Source of the DNA: an uncultured bacterium
Lineage (GTDB): Bacteria; Armatimonadota; Abditibacteriia; Abditibacteriales; Abditibacteriaceae
Length of the DNA stretch: 64,000 bases
Reading direction: 5' to 3'
Assembly (NCBI GenBank): GCA_963769015.1
Contig: CAVYKL010000008.1
Location: forward strand, 2,075,429 to 2,139,428
Notes under the pieces: model-generated
Databases searched by the model: none
The model's input: only the letters and a program-made list of their open reading frames with translations
What the model was told of the DNA's origin: nothing
Made by a program: the position numbers and the translations under genes
Shown: positions 52,623 through 64,000 of the stretch, one piece after another
Layout of the letters: each line of letters begins with the position of its first letter
Numbering within the stretch: the first letter of the stretch is position 1

Positions 52623-55070
52623 CTAAATTACTTTCGCATCGTCTCCGCGTTTTTTGCGGAAGGGTTCGCTGACCACAATGGCAGTGACCAGCGAGGAAAA
52701 CTTGTAATTGTTCTTTTTGACGTAAGCCACGATTTCGTCTACTGCGGGCTTGTCGTAACGTTCGAGGCCACGCCCCAAAGCATAAGTCAGCATCGCTTCG
52801 GACAAACTACGCGTGAAGACGTCTTTTCGAGTCTTCAGGATGCCTTTAAGTTGCACCGGGCCGTTGAATTTGCTGCCATCGGCCAAGTGCACCAGTCGTA
52901 TCCAGGGCGAATTTGCCATCTTTGTCGCGCCATACGCCGATGGCGTTGTAATTTTCTAAACCAAAACCGATGCCGTCCATGCGCGCGTGGCACGAAGCGC
53001 ACGCCGGATTTTTGCGATGCTCTTCGAGTTTCTGGCGCAGCGTCAGATGCGGATTTGACCGTCATTGGCAGGCAAATCGGGCACATCGGGCGGCGGCGGC
53101 GGCGGCGGCGCGTTGAAAACCTGCTCCAAAACCCATTTGCCGCGCTTGACCGGACTGGTGCGCGTGGCGTTGGAGGTCAGCGTTAAAATGCTGGCTTGCG
53201 TTAAAAGTCCGCCGCGCTCTTTGGCGGTATCGCCGGTAAATTTCACGCGGCGAAGTTGCTGGGCCACTCACATTCGGGCACGCCGTAAAGTTTGGCCAAG
53301 GTTTCGTTGAGATACGAATAATCAGCATCCAAAAATTCCAGTACGCTGCGGTCTTCGCGCACGACGGTTTCAAAGAATTTCAGCGTTTCGGCTTTCATGG
53401 CGGCGCGCAAATCGTCGTTCCATTGTGGAAACGTTTGCGGGTCGGGCGTCACTTGATCGAGCGTGCGCAGTTGCAGCCATTGACCGGCGAAATTGTCGGC
53501 TAAGGCGCGGGCGCGCTCATCTTTTATCATGCGCCGCGCGTTGTAGCCCAAATTTTCCGGCTTTTGCAAGGCGCTTTTATCGGTGTAGTAATCGAGACTT
53601 GGCGTCGGGCGTCGAACTCCACAAAAAATACGAAAGGCGCGTTGCCAATTCGTAATCGTTCAGCAGGCGCTGCGTTTTCGGGTCGTTTGGTTTTTCGTCG
53701 CCTTCGGCGCGGAAAATGAAGTTCGGCGATACGAGAATTGTTTGCAGCGCCAGTTGAATGCCGCGCTCGAACGGCTCATTATCCTTGCGCGCCAAATGCA
53801 CAGCGCGCAGCAGCCTATCCACTTCGCTTTTCGTCACCGGGCGGCGCCAGGCGCGACGCGCGAGTTTCGCTACGATTTCGCGCGCGATGTCGTCTTGCTC
53901 TTGCAGCGAGGCACCCGGCGCCGGTTCTTTGAAGATGATTTCTTTATGCGAAGGCGGCACGTCTTTGACCGCTTCGAGCGGGCCGACAACTTCAATGAAT
54001 TCTAACAGCAAAGTTGCGGTCACGCTTGCCTTCGGGCAATTTTTCGTCGTAGAAATCGTTGAGAAATTCAACGCTTAATCTGCGCTTTGCCCGCTGCGGT
54101 TTTGATTTTTTCTTCATAGATGCCGCGGCGTCTCTTGCGTGGCGGGCACATCGATTTTTTTAATTTCGTCTTTGTCGAGTTTAAAACTCATGCGCGCCGG
54201 TTCTTCGCCCGCTTGCATCGCCCACGCACCGATACGCACCAGATATTCGCCGTCTTTGGGAAAATTATGTTCAGCGAAAATCTCGCCCTGCGAGGCTAAA
54301 AACCGCGCGCCATCTTGCAAACTGCCCGCGCCTTTGAGCGCGTCCGTTTCAAAACGCACGCGCTTACGCGGCGGCACCGCGATGGCCTTTGCCGATACCT
54401 GTTCGGCGGCGTTCAGATACTTTTCCATCAAGCAGCGGCGAGATGGAAAGCACATCGCCGATGTTATCGAAACCGTAGCCCACATCATCGGCGGGAAAAT
54501 CTTTGGCTGGTTTAAAATCCACACCGAACAAATCGCGCACTGTATTGTTGTATTCGGCGCGATTGAGGCGGCGCAGCGTCACGCGGCCCGGATCGGGACT
54601 TGGCGCCGTGCGCTTTAGACAAAGTGCTTTCCAGCCACGCCATCAGCTTGTCGCGCTGCGCCTTTGAAGGTTGCGGACTACCGGCGGGCGGCATGGCACC
54701 CGAATGAACATTGACCAACACATCGTCCCATGTTTCGAGGTCTTTTTTCAGTTCGTCAGCGGTTTTGAAATCTTTTAGCGAAACACCGCCTTTGGATTTT
54801 TTAATGTGACAATCGCCGCAAAATTGCGTAACGACTGGCAAAACATCGCGCGCAAAAAGCTCATTATCGCTCGGTAGTTTCGGTGCCGGTTTTGGCGGCG
54901 CGGGCTGCGGATGTGCTTGGCCCGGCTTTTTTACTAGGCACATATTTTGTCGCGGGCGGAGTTGTGCTCGGCGAAGCCGCGCGCAAAACCGCACCAGCGG
55001 TTATTAAAGAACCGGCGGCTAAAACCAAAAGTGTGCGTGGTTGGGCGTGTGCGAAACGGCGAAGCAGCAT
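52623..55070 (-). CDS. PSD/PSCyt-type protein (DUF1587-DUF1592-DUF1595-DUF1588-DUF1585 architecture) with N-terminal CxxCH cytochrome-c-like motif; at least 6 frameshifts
   Basis: Fragments read VTQFCGDCHIKK (haem-binding), LRRLNRAEYNNTVRDLFG (DUF1587 signature), LATRLSYFLWSS (DUF1592/1595), VKRGKWVLEQVFN (DUF1588) and AMLTYALGRGLERYD (DUF1585). This family is a canonical partner of DUF1552 genes. Confidence 0.55.
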
Positions 55071-55188
55071 GAGAAATTGAAATCGACGAACTTTGGCCTA
55101 TTTCGACACAATGAGGCGGCTCAGGTTGCCGGTTTTTGATGCTTTTTATGATTAACTCTTGAAACGTCATTGAACGTAAAGATACGCT

Positions 55189-56434
55189 ATGAAAATTGAT
55201 TTAGCCTACGGCGACGGTTATTTGCCGGTTGAATTACCCGACTTTGCCACGATTATCGAGCCGTCGTATCGGGCCGGTTTGCCCGATGAACGCGCGGCGA
55301 TTTTTGCAGCGTTGGATAATCCCATCGGCACGGCGGCACTTCGCAAAAGCATCACGCCACAGGCCAAAATTTGCATCGTTTTTACCGATATTACGCGCCC
55401 AACGCCCAATGAACGCCTTATTCCGTGGCTGCTGCATTATTTAGATAAATTGCGGCGCAACGCGCGACAATATCACGCTGCTGAACGCGCTCGGCAGCCA
55501 TACGCCGAACACCAAAGAGCAACTCGAAAAATTACTCACGCCCGATGTGGTGCAAAATTACCGCGTGCTAAATCACGAGCCGGAAAATGCAAACGAATTG
55601 CGACAAGTGGGAAAAACGCGCGATGGCAAAGCGGCGCTGTTAAATCGGCATTTGCTTGATGCCGATGTGCGAATTATTACGGGTTTTATTGAGCCGCATT
55701 TTTTCGCGGGTTTTAGCGGTGGGCCAAAAGGCATCATGCCGGGCGTGGCCGGTTTGGAAACGATTGTTAGTAATCACGGACGAAGCAATATCTCCAGCCC
55801 ACAGGCCGCTTTTGGCATTTTAGATGGCAATCCGATTTGGGAAGAAATGCGCGACATTGCCCTGCTCGCCGGGCCAAGTTTTTTGCTAAATGTGGCGCTC
55901 AACGAAGCGCGCGAAATCACTGGCGTTTTTGCGGGCGATTTAATGGCGGCGCACCGCGTCGGCTGCGAATTTGTGCGCGCATCGGCGATGCAAAAAGTGG
56001 ACGCGCCTTTTGATGTAGTCGTTACCACGAACAGCGGTTATCCGCTCGACCAGAATTTGTATCAGGGTGTCAAAGGCATGAGCGCCGCCGCGCGCATTGT
56101 GCGGCCCGGCGGCATCATTATTTTGGCGGCGCAGTGTCGCTACGGCGTGCCGGATGGCAGCCCTTACGACGATTTATTGCGGCGCGCGAAAACGCCAGAA
56201 GATATTCTTTCGCTTATCGAAAATCAGACTTTCAGTGAACAATGGCAGGCGCAAATTCAGGCTCTGATTCAAAGCCGCGCCCAGGTGCATTTATACAGTG
56301 ATTTACCCGATGAAACAGTGCGCGCCGCGCATCTGGTTCCCTGCCACGACATTGCAAAAACCATCACGCAAAGCGGCGCCACTTCGATTGCGGTTTTACC
56401 GCAAGGGCCGATGACAATTCCTTATCTGGCTTGA
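55189..56434 (+). CDS. LarA-like (lactate racemase family, DUF2088) protein; one frameshift near 55450-55550
   Basis: ITGFIEPHFFAGFSGGPKGI and VVTTNSGYPLDQNLYQ motifs. The N-terminal ORF 55189..55659 continues into ORF 55547..56434 in another frame. Confidence 0.55.
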
Positions 56435-56449
56435 AGCAGAAGAGATGTC

Positions 56450-56537
56450 ATTCTGAGCTTGCGAAGAATCTATTTTGAGATGGAGTTGCTCTTACCAACC
56501 GGGAGCTACTTGTAGATTCTTCGCAAGCTCAGAATGA
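56450..56537. repeat. Perfect 26-bp inverted repeat (gtcattctgagcttgcgaagaatcta ... tagattcttcgcaagctcagaatgac) with a 36-nt loop, between convergent genes
   Basis: Read directly from the sequence. Likely a bidirectional terminator or a REP/MITE-like element. Confidence 0.6.
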
Positions 56538-56686
56538 CAACATTCTTTTGCTCTGAATGCTCTCAATTTCCGTTTAACTTAATGCCATTGGCGCCAGCCT
56601 CGCTCTGCAAAAAATCAAGCAAGGTCTTTGGTCGCCATCCAGTGCGCGCTTCCACGTCAATCAGTTTCGCGGCTTCAGGATTGCCT

Positions 56687-57994
56687 TCAATCGCTAACTT
56701 TCTCAGCGTTCCACTTCACGGTTTGGCCGGTGCGAATGGCCAATGTGCCGAGCAGAATCGCCTCGGTGAGCGGAGCAGAATAACTGAAGTCAGAGCAGGA
56801 CTTTTTGCCATTCTTGATGGCATCTATCCAGTCGCGGTGAATGCCATTGGTGCGCGGCAACGTCTTGGGAACGCGCTTTTCAGGATTCGCCTTGTATTCT
56901 TCCCATTTCGCTTTCGGATAGAGTTGCGGGCTGTCGGGGCGCATTCCGGGATGGAAGATTCCGCCGTTCTCGCCGACCATAATCAGGCCACCTTCGCCAC
57001 CGGGATCGCCTAAGTCGTAGCCTGCGGGCGCTTCGGGCACGCTGGGGCCTTCATACCATTTCACTTGCACCGGCGGCTTGTCGCCGCGCGCCGGGAAGTT
57101 ATAGGTGACGATGGAGCCGTTCGGCGTGTAAAGCGGGTTTACTTTGTCCTTCATTTCCACATCCACGCTGGTGGGAGCGCCCAAATCAAGCGCCCAATAG
57201 GGCGTGTCAATGGTGTGGCAGCCGATGTCGCCGAGGCCGCCGCAGCCAAAGTCCCACCACGGGCGCCAGCGCATAGGATGAAACGTCGGGCTGTAGCCGA
57301 CTTTTTTGTCTACTGGCCCCAGCCACAAGTCCCAGTCCATGCCTTGCGGCGGCGTTTGCGGCGGGGGAAATTCGGTCAGCGCACTACCATTGAAGCCCAC
57401 ACCCGACTTGGGACGATTCGTCCATGCGAGAACTTCCTTGACGTTGCCAATTAAACCAGCCTGATACCATTCTTTGATTAAACGGGCACCTTCAAAAGCA
57501 TGACCCTGATTGCCCATCTGCGTGACGACACCTTTTTTCGCGGCCAGTTCTCTGAGCGTGCGCGCTTCCCACAGCGTATGCACCAGAGGCTTCTCAACAA
57601 AAACGTGTTTGCCCATGCTAATCGCCATGTAGGCGATGGCAAAATGAGTATGATCGGGCGTGCCGACGCCCACGGCATCAATTTTGTCGCCCATTTCGGT
57701 GAGCATTTTGCGAAAGTCCAGGTAGAACTTCGCTTCGGGGAATTGCTGTTTGGCGCGCTCCCAAGTCTTTGGGTCGCAGTCGGCGAGAGCGACGACGTTG
57801 TTGCCGCCGGCGCAGTTGTTGAGGTCGCCCCAACCCATGCCGCCAAAGCCGACCCACGCGATATTCAGCTTTTCGTTGGCGCCTCGCACCGATTTGGCAA
57901 GGATGAGCGGCGCGCCAAAGGTCGCGCCAAGTGCAGCGGCAGACTGCTTGAGGAAGGTTCGCCGCGAAGGGCGATTCAATTTGGAGTTTTGCAT
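56687..57994 (-). CDS. Gfo/Idh/MocA-family oxidoreductase with TAT signal (paralog of 3980..5431)
   Basis: SRRTFLKQSAAALGATFGAPLILA is a TAT signal, followed by NIAWVGFGGMG and VEKPL motifs. The organisation matches the first oxidoreductase. Confidence 0.7.
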   Translation of the reverse strand: MQNSKLNRPSRRTFLKQSAAALGATFGAPLILAKSVRGANEKLNIAWVGFGGMGWGDLNNCAGGNNVVALADCDPKTWERAKQQFPEAKFYLDFRKMLTEMGDKIDAVGVGTPDHTHFAIAYMAISMGKHVFVEKPLVHTLWEARTLRELAAKKGVVTQMGNQGHAFEGARLIKEWYQAGLIGNVKEVLAWTNRPKSGVGFNGSALTEFPPPQTPPQGMDWDLWLGPVDKKVGYSPTFHPMRWRPWWDFGCGGLGDIGCHTIDTPYWALDLGAPTSVDVEMKDKVNPLYTPNGSIVTYNFPARGDKPPVQVKWYEGPSVPEAPAGYDLGDPGGEGGLIMVGENGGIFHPGMRPDSPQLYPKAKWEEYKANPEKRVPKTLPRTNGIHRDWIDAIKNGKKSCSDFSYSAPLTEAILLGTLAIRTGQTVKWNAEKVSD

Positions 57995-58077
57995 GATGTT
58001 TGTTTCTCGTTTTTCACTTCACCTACGGGAAAGTTATTCAATCTTTTGAGCGGGTTTACCCTACTTTAGTTTCTACT

Positions 58078-58831
58078 TTAACGCGCCGAATTGTATTCTC
58101 GCAACTGCCGCACGCCACGAAGATAATCATTGATAAGGTCGGCATCTAAGGCGCGATTTAAAATGGCGACGTCATCTAAAATCACGCCGCTACCTAAAGT
58201 CAGAGATTGCAATTTATCCTCAGCGTTCCACGCGCGGCCTTTGGTAGTGATTTCGCTGACCACTTTGCCATCAGTATAAAACTGAAACGCGCCGGATGGC
58301 CGCAAAACCGCCGCGCTGTGATGCCAAATGCCACCGCGCAAATCCAGCGACTTTAACAAATCGAAATCGTAAATTTCGTTGACATTTTGAATGCCCGCAA
58401 AATTGTAAACCTGACAAACGCCCGCCGGTTTTTGCAAGGCGCACCACTCGCCCTTACCGCGCACAAATGCACTAAGATAGCCTTTGCCGTTTAACGAAAA
58501 CAAGTTAAAAACGCCATCAAGGGGCAAGTCGCGTGGCAGACTCCACCAAAACGAAATTGTGCAGCGGCTGATGCGGCGAAAGCGCGGCGCCACCCAGATT
58601 GAGCAGCGGCGCCTTTTCAGTTTGTAAGCCACGACCAAATAGTCCTTCACTTGTTTGCCAGGCAGCTTCGTTTGTCGTCAAGTTTTCGCTGTTTAAAGGC
58701 GCCTTTTCAAAGTCGCTGAAGTAAATCAGAGACTTTTGAAACCACTGTGGCCCGCGAATTAGCGTCTCCAAATGTTCCTGCGCATTGGCAACAGAAGAAA
58801 GACAAAGCAGCAAGAGAAATAAGCGTTTCAT
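58078..58831 (-). CDS. Secreted concanavalin-A-like lectin/glucanase (LamG-type) domain protein; one frameshift near 58560
   Basis: Signal peptide MKRLFLLLLCLSSVANA. Later segments read ...LDLRGGIWHHSAAV...FQFYTDGKVV...LTLGSGV, typical of LamG/ConA-like beta-sandwich domains. Confidence 0.4.
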
Positions 58832-61800
58832 CGCGCCGTCACCTTCAGCAATTTCAAATCGTGTCTTTTCAGCGGAAACGAAACCGTGTTATTTTCCACT
58901 TTCAATTCCGCTTCACTTTCAGCATCGGTGACGATGTAATTTTTGAAGCCGAGCGTTTTCGCATCAATCGTCACACGCGCTGTTTCGTCTTTATCGGCGT
59001 AACTCACAATCGCGGCGATGGCTTGTTTTCCGGGCACGGCGTAAACGATAGAAGGCAAATCGGGGTTATCGGTTTTGATTGGTTGCGGCTTCTCGTCCCA
59101 ATAGCGAAAGACTTGCAAATTCGGCTGATGTAACAAGTCATCAATCGGCTTGAATAAAGCGCGCTGCATTTGTCCGGTTTTAGAATACGATGGATAAGCG
59201 CAATCCAATTCGTGCAACATGGCAACCGCAGCGAAAGTGCGGCCCGTCCATAAATCATCGGCAAGTTTGCCCTGATCGCCTAAAATCACCGGCCACGTTC
59301 CGGCCAGTTCGCCGTTGGAAACGAGTTGCAAATACTCGCGCGAAAAGCGGTCTTGCACATCGCCTTCGGAATATTTCCATTCCCAATCGTATTGCACTGT
59401 GGCAAACGAAAGCAGCGGCAAAATACTCGTCGAAGTCATGTGCGGCATGGTCAGCGGCATCATGGCTTTTTCGTTCATCATTTGAAAAGTGCGCTTGCAC
59501 AATTCGCGCAAGCCCCAGATGCCTGTGGACGGCACAAACGCGCCATCGCTTTTGGCATAAGCGCCGGTCATTTGCGTGTTGTAACTGCCCGCGAAAAACC
59601 AGTTGTCCCAGTAAACGCCTTTATTGCCGCCGATTTCAAACGACTTGTCATACCAATAAAGCGCGTGGTCAATGTAACTTTCTGACGGCACGATTTTGAT
59701 TTCGCCAATGCCGTTGCCTTTGCCGATGGCGCGATAATTGGTCAAGTCCCATTCGTCTTTGAAAGTTTCAAATTCTTCGGCGGCCTGAAAGCTGGCGCGA
59801 TTGTAATAAAACACCATATTGGTGCCAAAACGCGAGGTAAGATTATGCCGCGCGTGCGCCACAAAAGTGTTGACTTTTTCTTCGCCATACGGCGCAAAAT
59901 ATGGTTTGCCACGTTCACAGACAGCGTTGATTTCGGCTTCGCTTAAATTGCGTTTGATTGCCGCGTTTTATCGCTTCCCACAACGATAAATCGCGGTTCG
60001 CTGGATAAACCGAGCCGCAATCGCCGAGCGCGAGCCAGTTGATATCGGTGCCCAGCAGCGAATAATTATCGCGCCGCCATTTGTAGCGCCAATCGGCGAG
60101 TTTGGGCTTGACTGGCGCGGCTTGCAAACCGAAAGTGATGGTGCGCGGCGCGTCAATTTTTGTGGGTTGATTGATAAGATGCACGCGCAAAACTACCTGA
60201 CCGTTTTGCCGCACAATATCAAGGTTTGGAGTTTGCGATTTCCAACCCCAGCCTTTGTCATTTTCGGCGAACCAGCACAAACCGCGATTGGCATCGCCGA
60301 GATAAATGTAAGTGCAAAAGTTCTCTGGCAAATCGTTGTCTTGCGTTTGTTTGGATGTCCACACCACGCCATCGCCTGTTGGAATTTTCTGATAAATCGT
60401 GTTGCGAATGCCATCGCCCATGGCGTGCATCATGGTCGCCACATCACCACGCAGCGGAATGATTAAATCAAGCGCATCAACACTTTGCGCGCTTGGTTGC
60501 AACGTCAAATCCACGCGCATCATGCCATCGTAATCCCATGTGCAATTCGCCTCACCGCTTAGCTGTCCCGCAGAAAATACGGCCTCGTGCTTTGGCTTCG
60601 TTTGGCGCAGTTTTCGTCCATTGCAAAACGCCGTCTTTAGCTGGCACGGCTTTGCCATCCAATGAAACTTCGTAACGCATCGGCGCTGATAAAATTTCGG
60701 TGTTAAGTGACTTAACACCGTTCCACAAACCGGCGCCGCTCATTTGATGCTCGCGCAAAACTGTCGAGATATGGTTGTTCTTAATTTGAATCGGCGTGAA
60801 CGGCGCATAAACTTTGGCGCTTTTGCCGAGGTTATTGTGTTCCCACGGAAAAACTTTGCGCTCAAAGGTCTTCACAACTGATGCGTTTGCAGGCACATTT
60901 TTACCAGTAGCGGACAAAGAAATTTGATATTCACCGATAAGCGGCGGCAGTGAAATTTCAAGTTCTTGTTTGCCATTTTTCAAGTTATCAAAAATAACTT
61001 TCTAGGCCGTCGTTTGACATCTTTTCTACGAATAACAGCGCTGCAAACTTTGCAATTTCGCGTCTTTGGGCAGGTTGGAAACGTCCGCCAAAATGCGCAT
61101 TTTATTTTGATACGGATAATAGGCAAATTGAAAATCCAGCGGCGGGATTTCTTTGGTTTTGGCAATCCATTTGAACGGCCCTAAAAAGCTCCACGCGGTT
61201 TGCCGCGCGAAGTAAAACGTGTCGCCATTGGGCGAAATGACGCACGCATATTGTTTCCACTTTTTCGTCGCAACGTCGTCGGTTTTGAGAGTGATTTCTT
61301 TGGTTTCGCCCGGCGCGAGCGTGAACGTTTCTTCGCTTTTGAGTTCGGGCATCACATCGCGTGTGATTTGCAAAATCGCCTTGACTGTCAACGGATTCGC
61401 GCCGGGATTGTGCAAAATTAACGCGTTATCAAGTTTGGCGTTAAACGGTTCGCCGCGTGCAATTTGCTTTACAACCGGCGCGTTATTTTCAACAAAAGAA
61501 ATGCGCGCTGTTGGCTCGTAACCCCAGCCCTGCCACTGACGAAAAGGCCCATTCGTTTTTCCAGTTACGCGTTAAATTAAAGCCCCACGCGCCGTCAGTG
61601 GCTTTGCGATTGGGCGCGATGGAATTTATAGGAATCGCAAATTCATAATCCCAAAATCCGTCGTGAATTTTTGTGGCGCGCTGCCAATCGGGTTTCCATG
61701 CCAGTTCATCGGGCGTGCCGCCATACGGATGCATTTTGCTCCACATTTGGCCGAGTGAGTTCGTCAAAACCTGAAATTGCTTGCCCTTTTTAGCGCCCGG

Positions 61801-62148
61801 CGTTGGGTCGAGCCATAATTCCAGAGAATCGTCGAAGACAAGGTTTTGGCTGTTGCGCGCGGTCTGACTAATCAATTCGCCTTCGTCCGGTAACTGGGTG
61901 CGAATCGCAAAATACAGCGTGTCCTGCGTGGCGCCAACCCAACCTGTGGCGCGGCGTTTTTCGAGTTGACCGTTCATCGCAAAGCCATCCACGCGCGTCG
62001 CGCTTTGCCATTCGTCAACATTGATAATGCCGTCAACAATAGGCACGGTTTTGCAAAGTGGCGCGCGAATTTCGATGTTTGCCGAGGCCGCGAAGCAAAA
62101 CGATAAAAACAAGCATAGCAGTAAGATTTTCATTTTCTCAATTCTCAA
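58828..62148 (-). CDS. Large secreted protein (~1100 aa), putative glycoside hydrolase (DUF4091/GH123-like); at least 5 frameshifts
   Basis: The N-terminal signal peptide (MKILLLCLFLSFCFAASA) in ORF 61489..62148 continues through ORFs 61026..61415, 60552..60983, 59915..60718 and 58828..59862. WYDKSFEIGGNKGVYWDNWFF and TGIWGLREL are the conserved-looking regions. The family call is tentative. Confidence 0.4.
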
Positions 62149-62166
62149 TTCAAAATTCTCAATTCG

Positions 62167-64000
62167 CTATCCCGTTCGTTTTCCGCTGGTTACATCGTCG
62201 GAATAGCGGTGTTTGCGCAGCAGTTTTAGAACGCCGCGCCATGAAAAGAAGGCGGTAATGCAGTTCAATGCGAAAAGGATGCAGCCTGCGATATAGAAAA
62301 AAGTGTTGTCACTGAATGGACCGGAAAAAATCATAAAAATACCGAATGGCAGAAAGAAAAGCGCTTGTCCTAAAAGTCCGACTAACAAAGCCAGAGCGAT
62401 GCCTTGTGATGGCTTGCGCGCCCATGTCGCGCAGAGCAAGCTCACGCCGGAAAAATAGGCGCTCAGGCTTAACGCAAAGAGAAAAAGGAGCGCGCCGTTG
62501 AGCGGAATTTGCCCGTTGCCACGCGCCAATTCCAGCAACGCGCCGACAAATAAAAACGGCAGCAGAGTGATAAAAGTGCCGCCAGTATAAATTAAATTCG
62601 CTAACAATTTGCCGAGCGCGATTTCTTTTTCGGTAAGCGGCGTAAGAAAGACAAAAACCAGCGTGCCGTTGGCGCGGTCACGATCAAAACAAAGGCCGAG
62701 TCGCAAACTGGAAGTGAGTCCAAACAGTAGAGTCGCAACAAGCGCCACGCCGCCGACATAACGGCCCTGAATGGCCGCGCCTACAAAATAAAAGCCTTGC
62801 GCCAAAAACCCACTGGCAATTAGAAGCAAAATCGTCCAACCCAGCGGCCAATGTTCGCGGCGCAAACGGCGTTGCAATTCATCGCTGAGAATCGGATTTG
62901 CAAAACGCTTGCTCCACTGCACGATGCCGTCATCAGCGCGGCGCACGATTTCCATGCAGCCTTCAAAAAACGCCACAACGCCGCCCCAAATACCGGTTAG
63001 CCCGTCCATCATCCAGCGCAACGGCAGAGGCAAACGATCTTCATTTTGAGCCGCCGCGACTTGCGTTTTCGCTTGCGGCGCGCCAAAGGTTTTCAGCGCC
63101 GCCACTAAGAGCAACGCATCGCCGATAATGACTTGCACAAACGGGCCGAGTGCCCATGACACACCGCCATTTAAATCGGCGCGCAAAAGCGCCACAATGG
63201 TGACGAACGGTGAGAAAACGACATACGGTGCCTGATCGAAAGTGAAAGGTTTCTTGTAATAAAATCCTGCTGCAACGTGCGCCAGCGCCGTAAGGCCCAG
63301 ACCGAGAGTCCAGAAAAGCACGAGCGCCTTACACGCGCCTCGCTGCGTTTCGGGCAACGCCGCTTGCAACGCCGCTGCGCCATAAGCGACAACAACATAA
63401 GCGAAAATAGTTCCGCCCACTGGAGTAAATCGCTGCAAAAATGGCGCGCTGAAAAAGGGTTGCTTTCCAAGCAGGCAAAACACAAAATACGCGGCCATAG
63501 CAAACGCGAGATAACTAAGTGTGAGGCGCGCCGCCTCGCGCCATGCTTGAGAGGGCGCAATTTCATTTTCGGTGCTGCGTTTAAACGGTTTGTCCAAAAC
63601 TTCGCCGCCCGCATAGGCGCCAAGCATTAAACACAGAGTCCACAGCGCGGCCAATGCCCACGCCGTTGTCGAAGGCGCGCCGCGCAGTGCCATGGCTAAA
63701 ACCGCATTGTCAATCAGCGCCCGCCAGGTGTAGCCGAGTAGCATCAAAAGCGCGCAGCCAAAAATCCAGCGTCCGCAGATGCGGCGCGTGCGCAAACGGC
63801 GCGCTGTCCAGAAGGTTTCGCTGGGCGAAACCAGCGCCGCCAATTGCAAATTGCCGCCGATTTGCCGCGCAAACCAGAGCGGCGCATAAAGCAGAATCGG
63901 CGGCAACACAAACGAAAAAAACGGCAGAGGCGCGAGCAAAAGACGCTCGATCAAAAGAGGCCATGTCACTACAAAGCCGGGCGCGAGTTGCAGCACATCG
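62167..64000 (-). CDS. Polytopic integral membrane protein (ABC-2/permease-like), probably extends past the window end
   Basis: ORF of at least 609 aa with about 14 hydrophobic helices. No catalytic motifs are recognisable. The frame is still open at 63996-64000. Confidence 0.4.
   Translation of the reverse strand, partial: DVLQLAPGFVVTWPLLIERLLLAPLPFFSFVLPPILLYAPLWFARQIGGNLQLAALVSPSETFWTARRLRTRRICGRWIFGCALLMLLGYTWRALIDNAVLAMALRGAPSTTAWALAALWTLCLMLGAYAGGEVLDKPFKRSTENEIAPSQAWREAARLTLSYLAFAMAAYFVFCLLGKQPFFSAPFLQRFTPVGGTIFAYVVVAYGAAALQAALPETQRGACKALVLFWTLGLGLTALAHVAAGFYYKKPFTFDQAPYVVFSPFVTIVALLRADLNGGVSWALGPFVQVIIGDALLLVAALKTFGAPQAKTQVAAAQNEDRLPLPLRWMMDGLTGIWGGVVAFFEGCMEIVRRADDGIVQWSKRFANPILSDELQRRLRREHWPLGWTILLLIASGFLAQGFYFVGAAIQGRYVGGVALVATLLFGLTSSLRLGLCFDRDRANGTLVFVFLTPLTEKEIALGKLLANLIYTGGTFITLLPFLFVGALLELARGNGQIPLNGALLFLFALSLSAYFSGVSLLCATWARKPSQGIALALLVGLLGQALFFLPFGIFMIFSGPFSDNTFFYIAGCILFALNCITAFFSWRGVLKLLRKHRYSDDVTSGKRTG

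Noticed and set aside
53043-53267. Poly-proline stretch (PPPPPPPDVPDLP) suggesting a separate small ORF
   Set aside because: It is part of the frameshift-fragmented DUF1588 region of the PSD-type gene. The ggcggcggcggcggcggcg run is a probable indel hotspot, not an independent gene.

Overview
This 64 kb window is a chromosomal segment of a GC-rich (~55-58%) bacterium. The gene content suggests a Planctomycetota, Verrucomicrobiota or Acidobacteriota lineage: four DUF1559 prepilin-like 'H-X9-DG' proteins, a DUF1552 / DUF1585-1595 (PSD/PSCyt) gene pair, TAT-signal Gfo/Idh/MocA oxidoreductases, sulfatases and a CRTAC1/FG-GAP protein. Housekeeping anchors are the 5' two-thirds of rpoB (minus strand, running off the left edge), three tRNAs (initiator Met, Ile-GAT, Ser-GCT) and a replicative helicase gene dnaB that carries an intein with a LAGLIDADG homing endonuclease in its Walker A P-loop. 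Accessory content includes a flotillin/NfeD pair, an atypical ThyX-like operon, a LacI-family regulator next to GH81 and clan GH-A glucanases, a GTP-type PEP carboxykinase (pckG) with a creatininase-family gene, and a LarA-like gene. About half the genes, including essential dnaB, are broken by single-base frameshifts at short homopolymer runs, roughly one per 2 kb, so I read these as assembly or sequencing indel errors rather than real pseudogenes, and I give merged gene spans. I found no CRISPR array, rRNA, transposase or integrase. The candidates I rank highest for follow-up are: (a) three copies of a 22-bp palindromic operator (TTTGCACAT-N4-ATGTGCAAA) that link the LacI regulator to the glucanase genes and to pckG; (b) the atypical ThyX-like, DUF1152 and tandem small-secreted-protein operon; and (c) several structured intergenic inverted-repeat elements.
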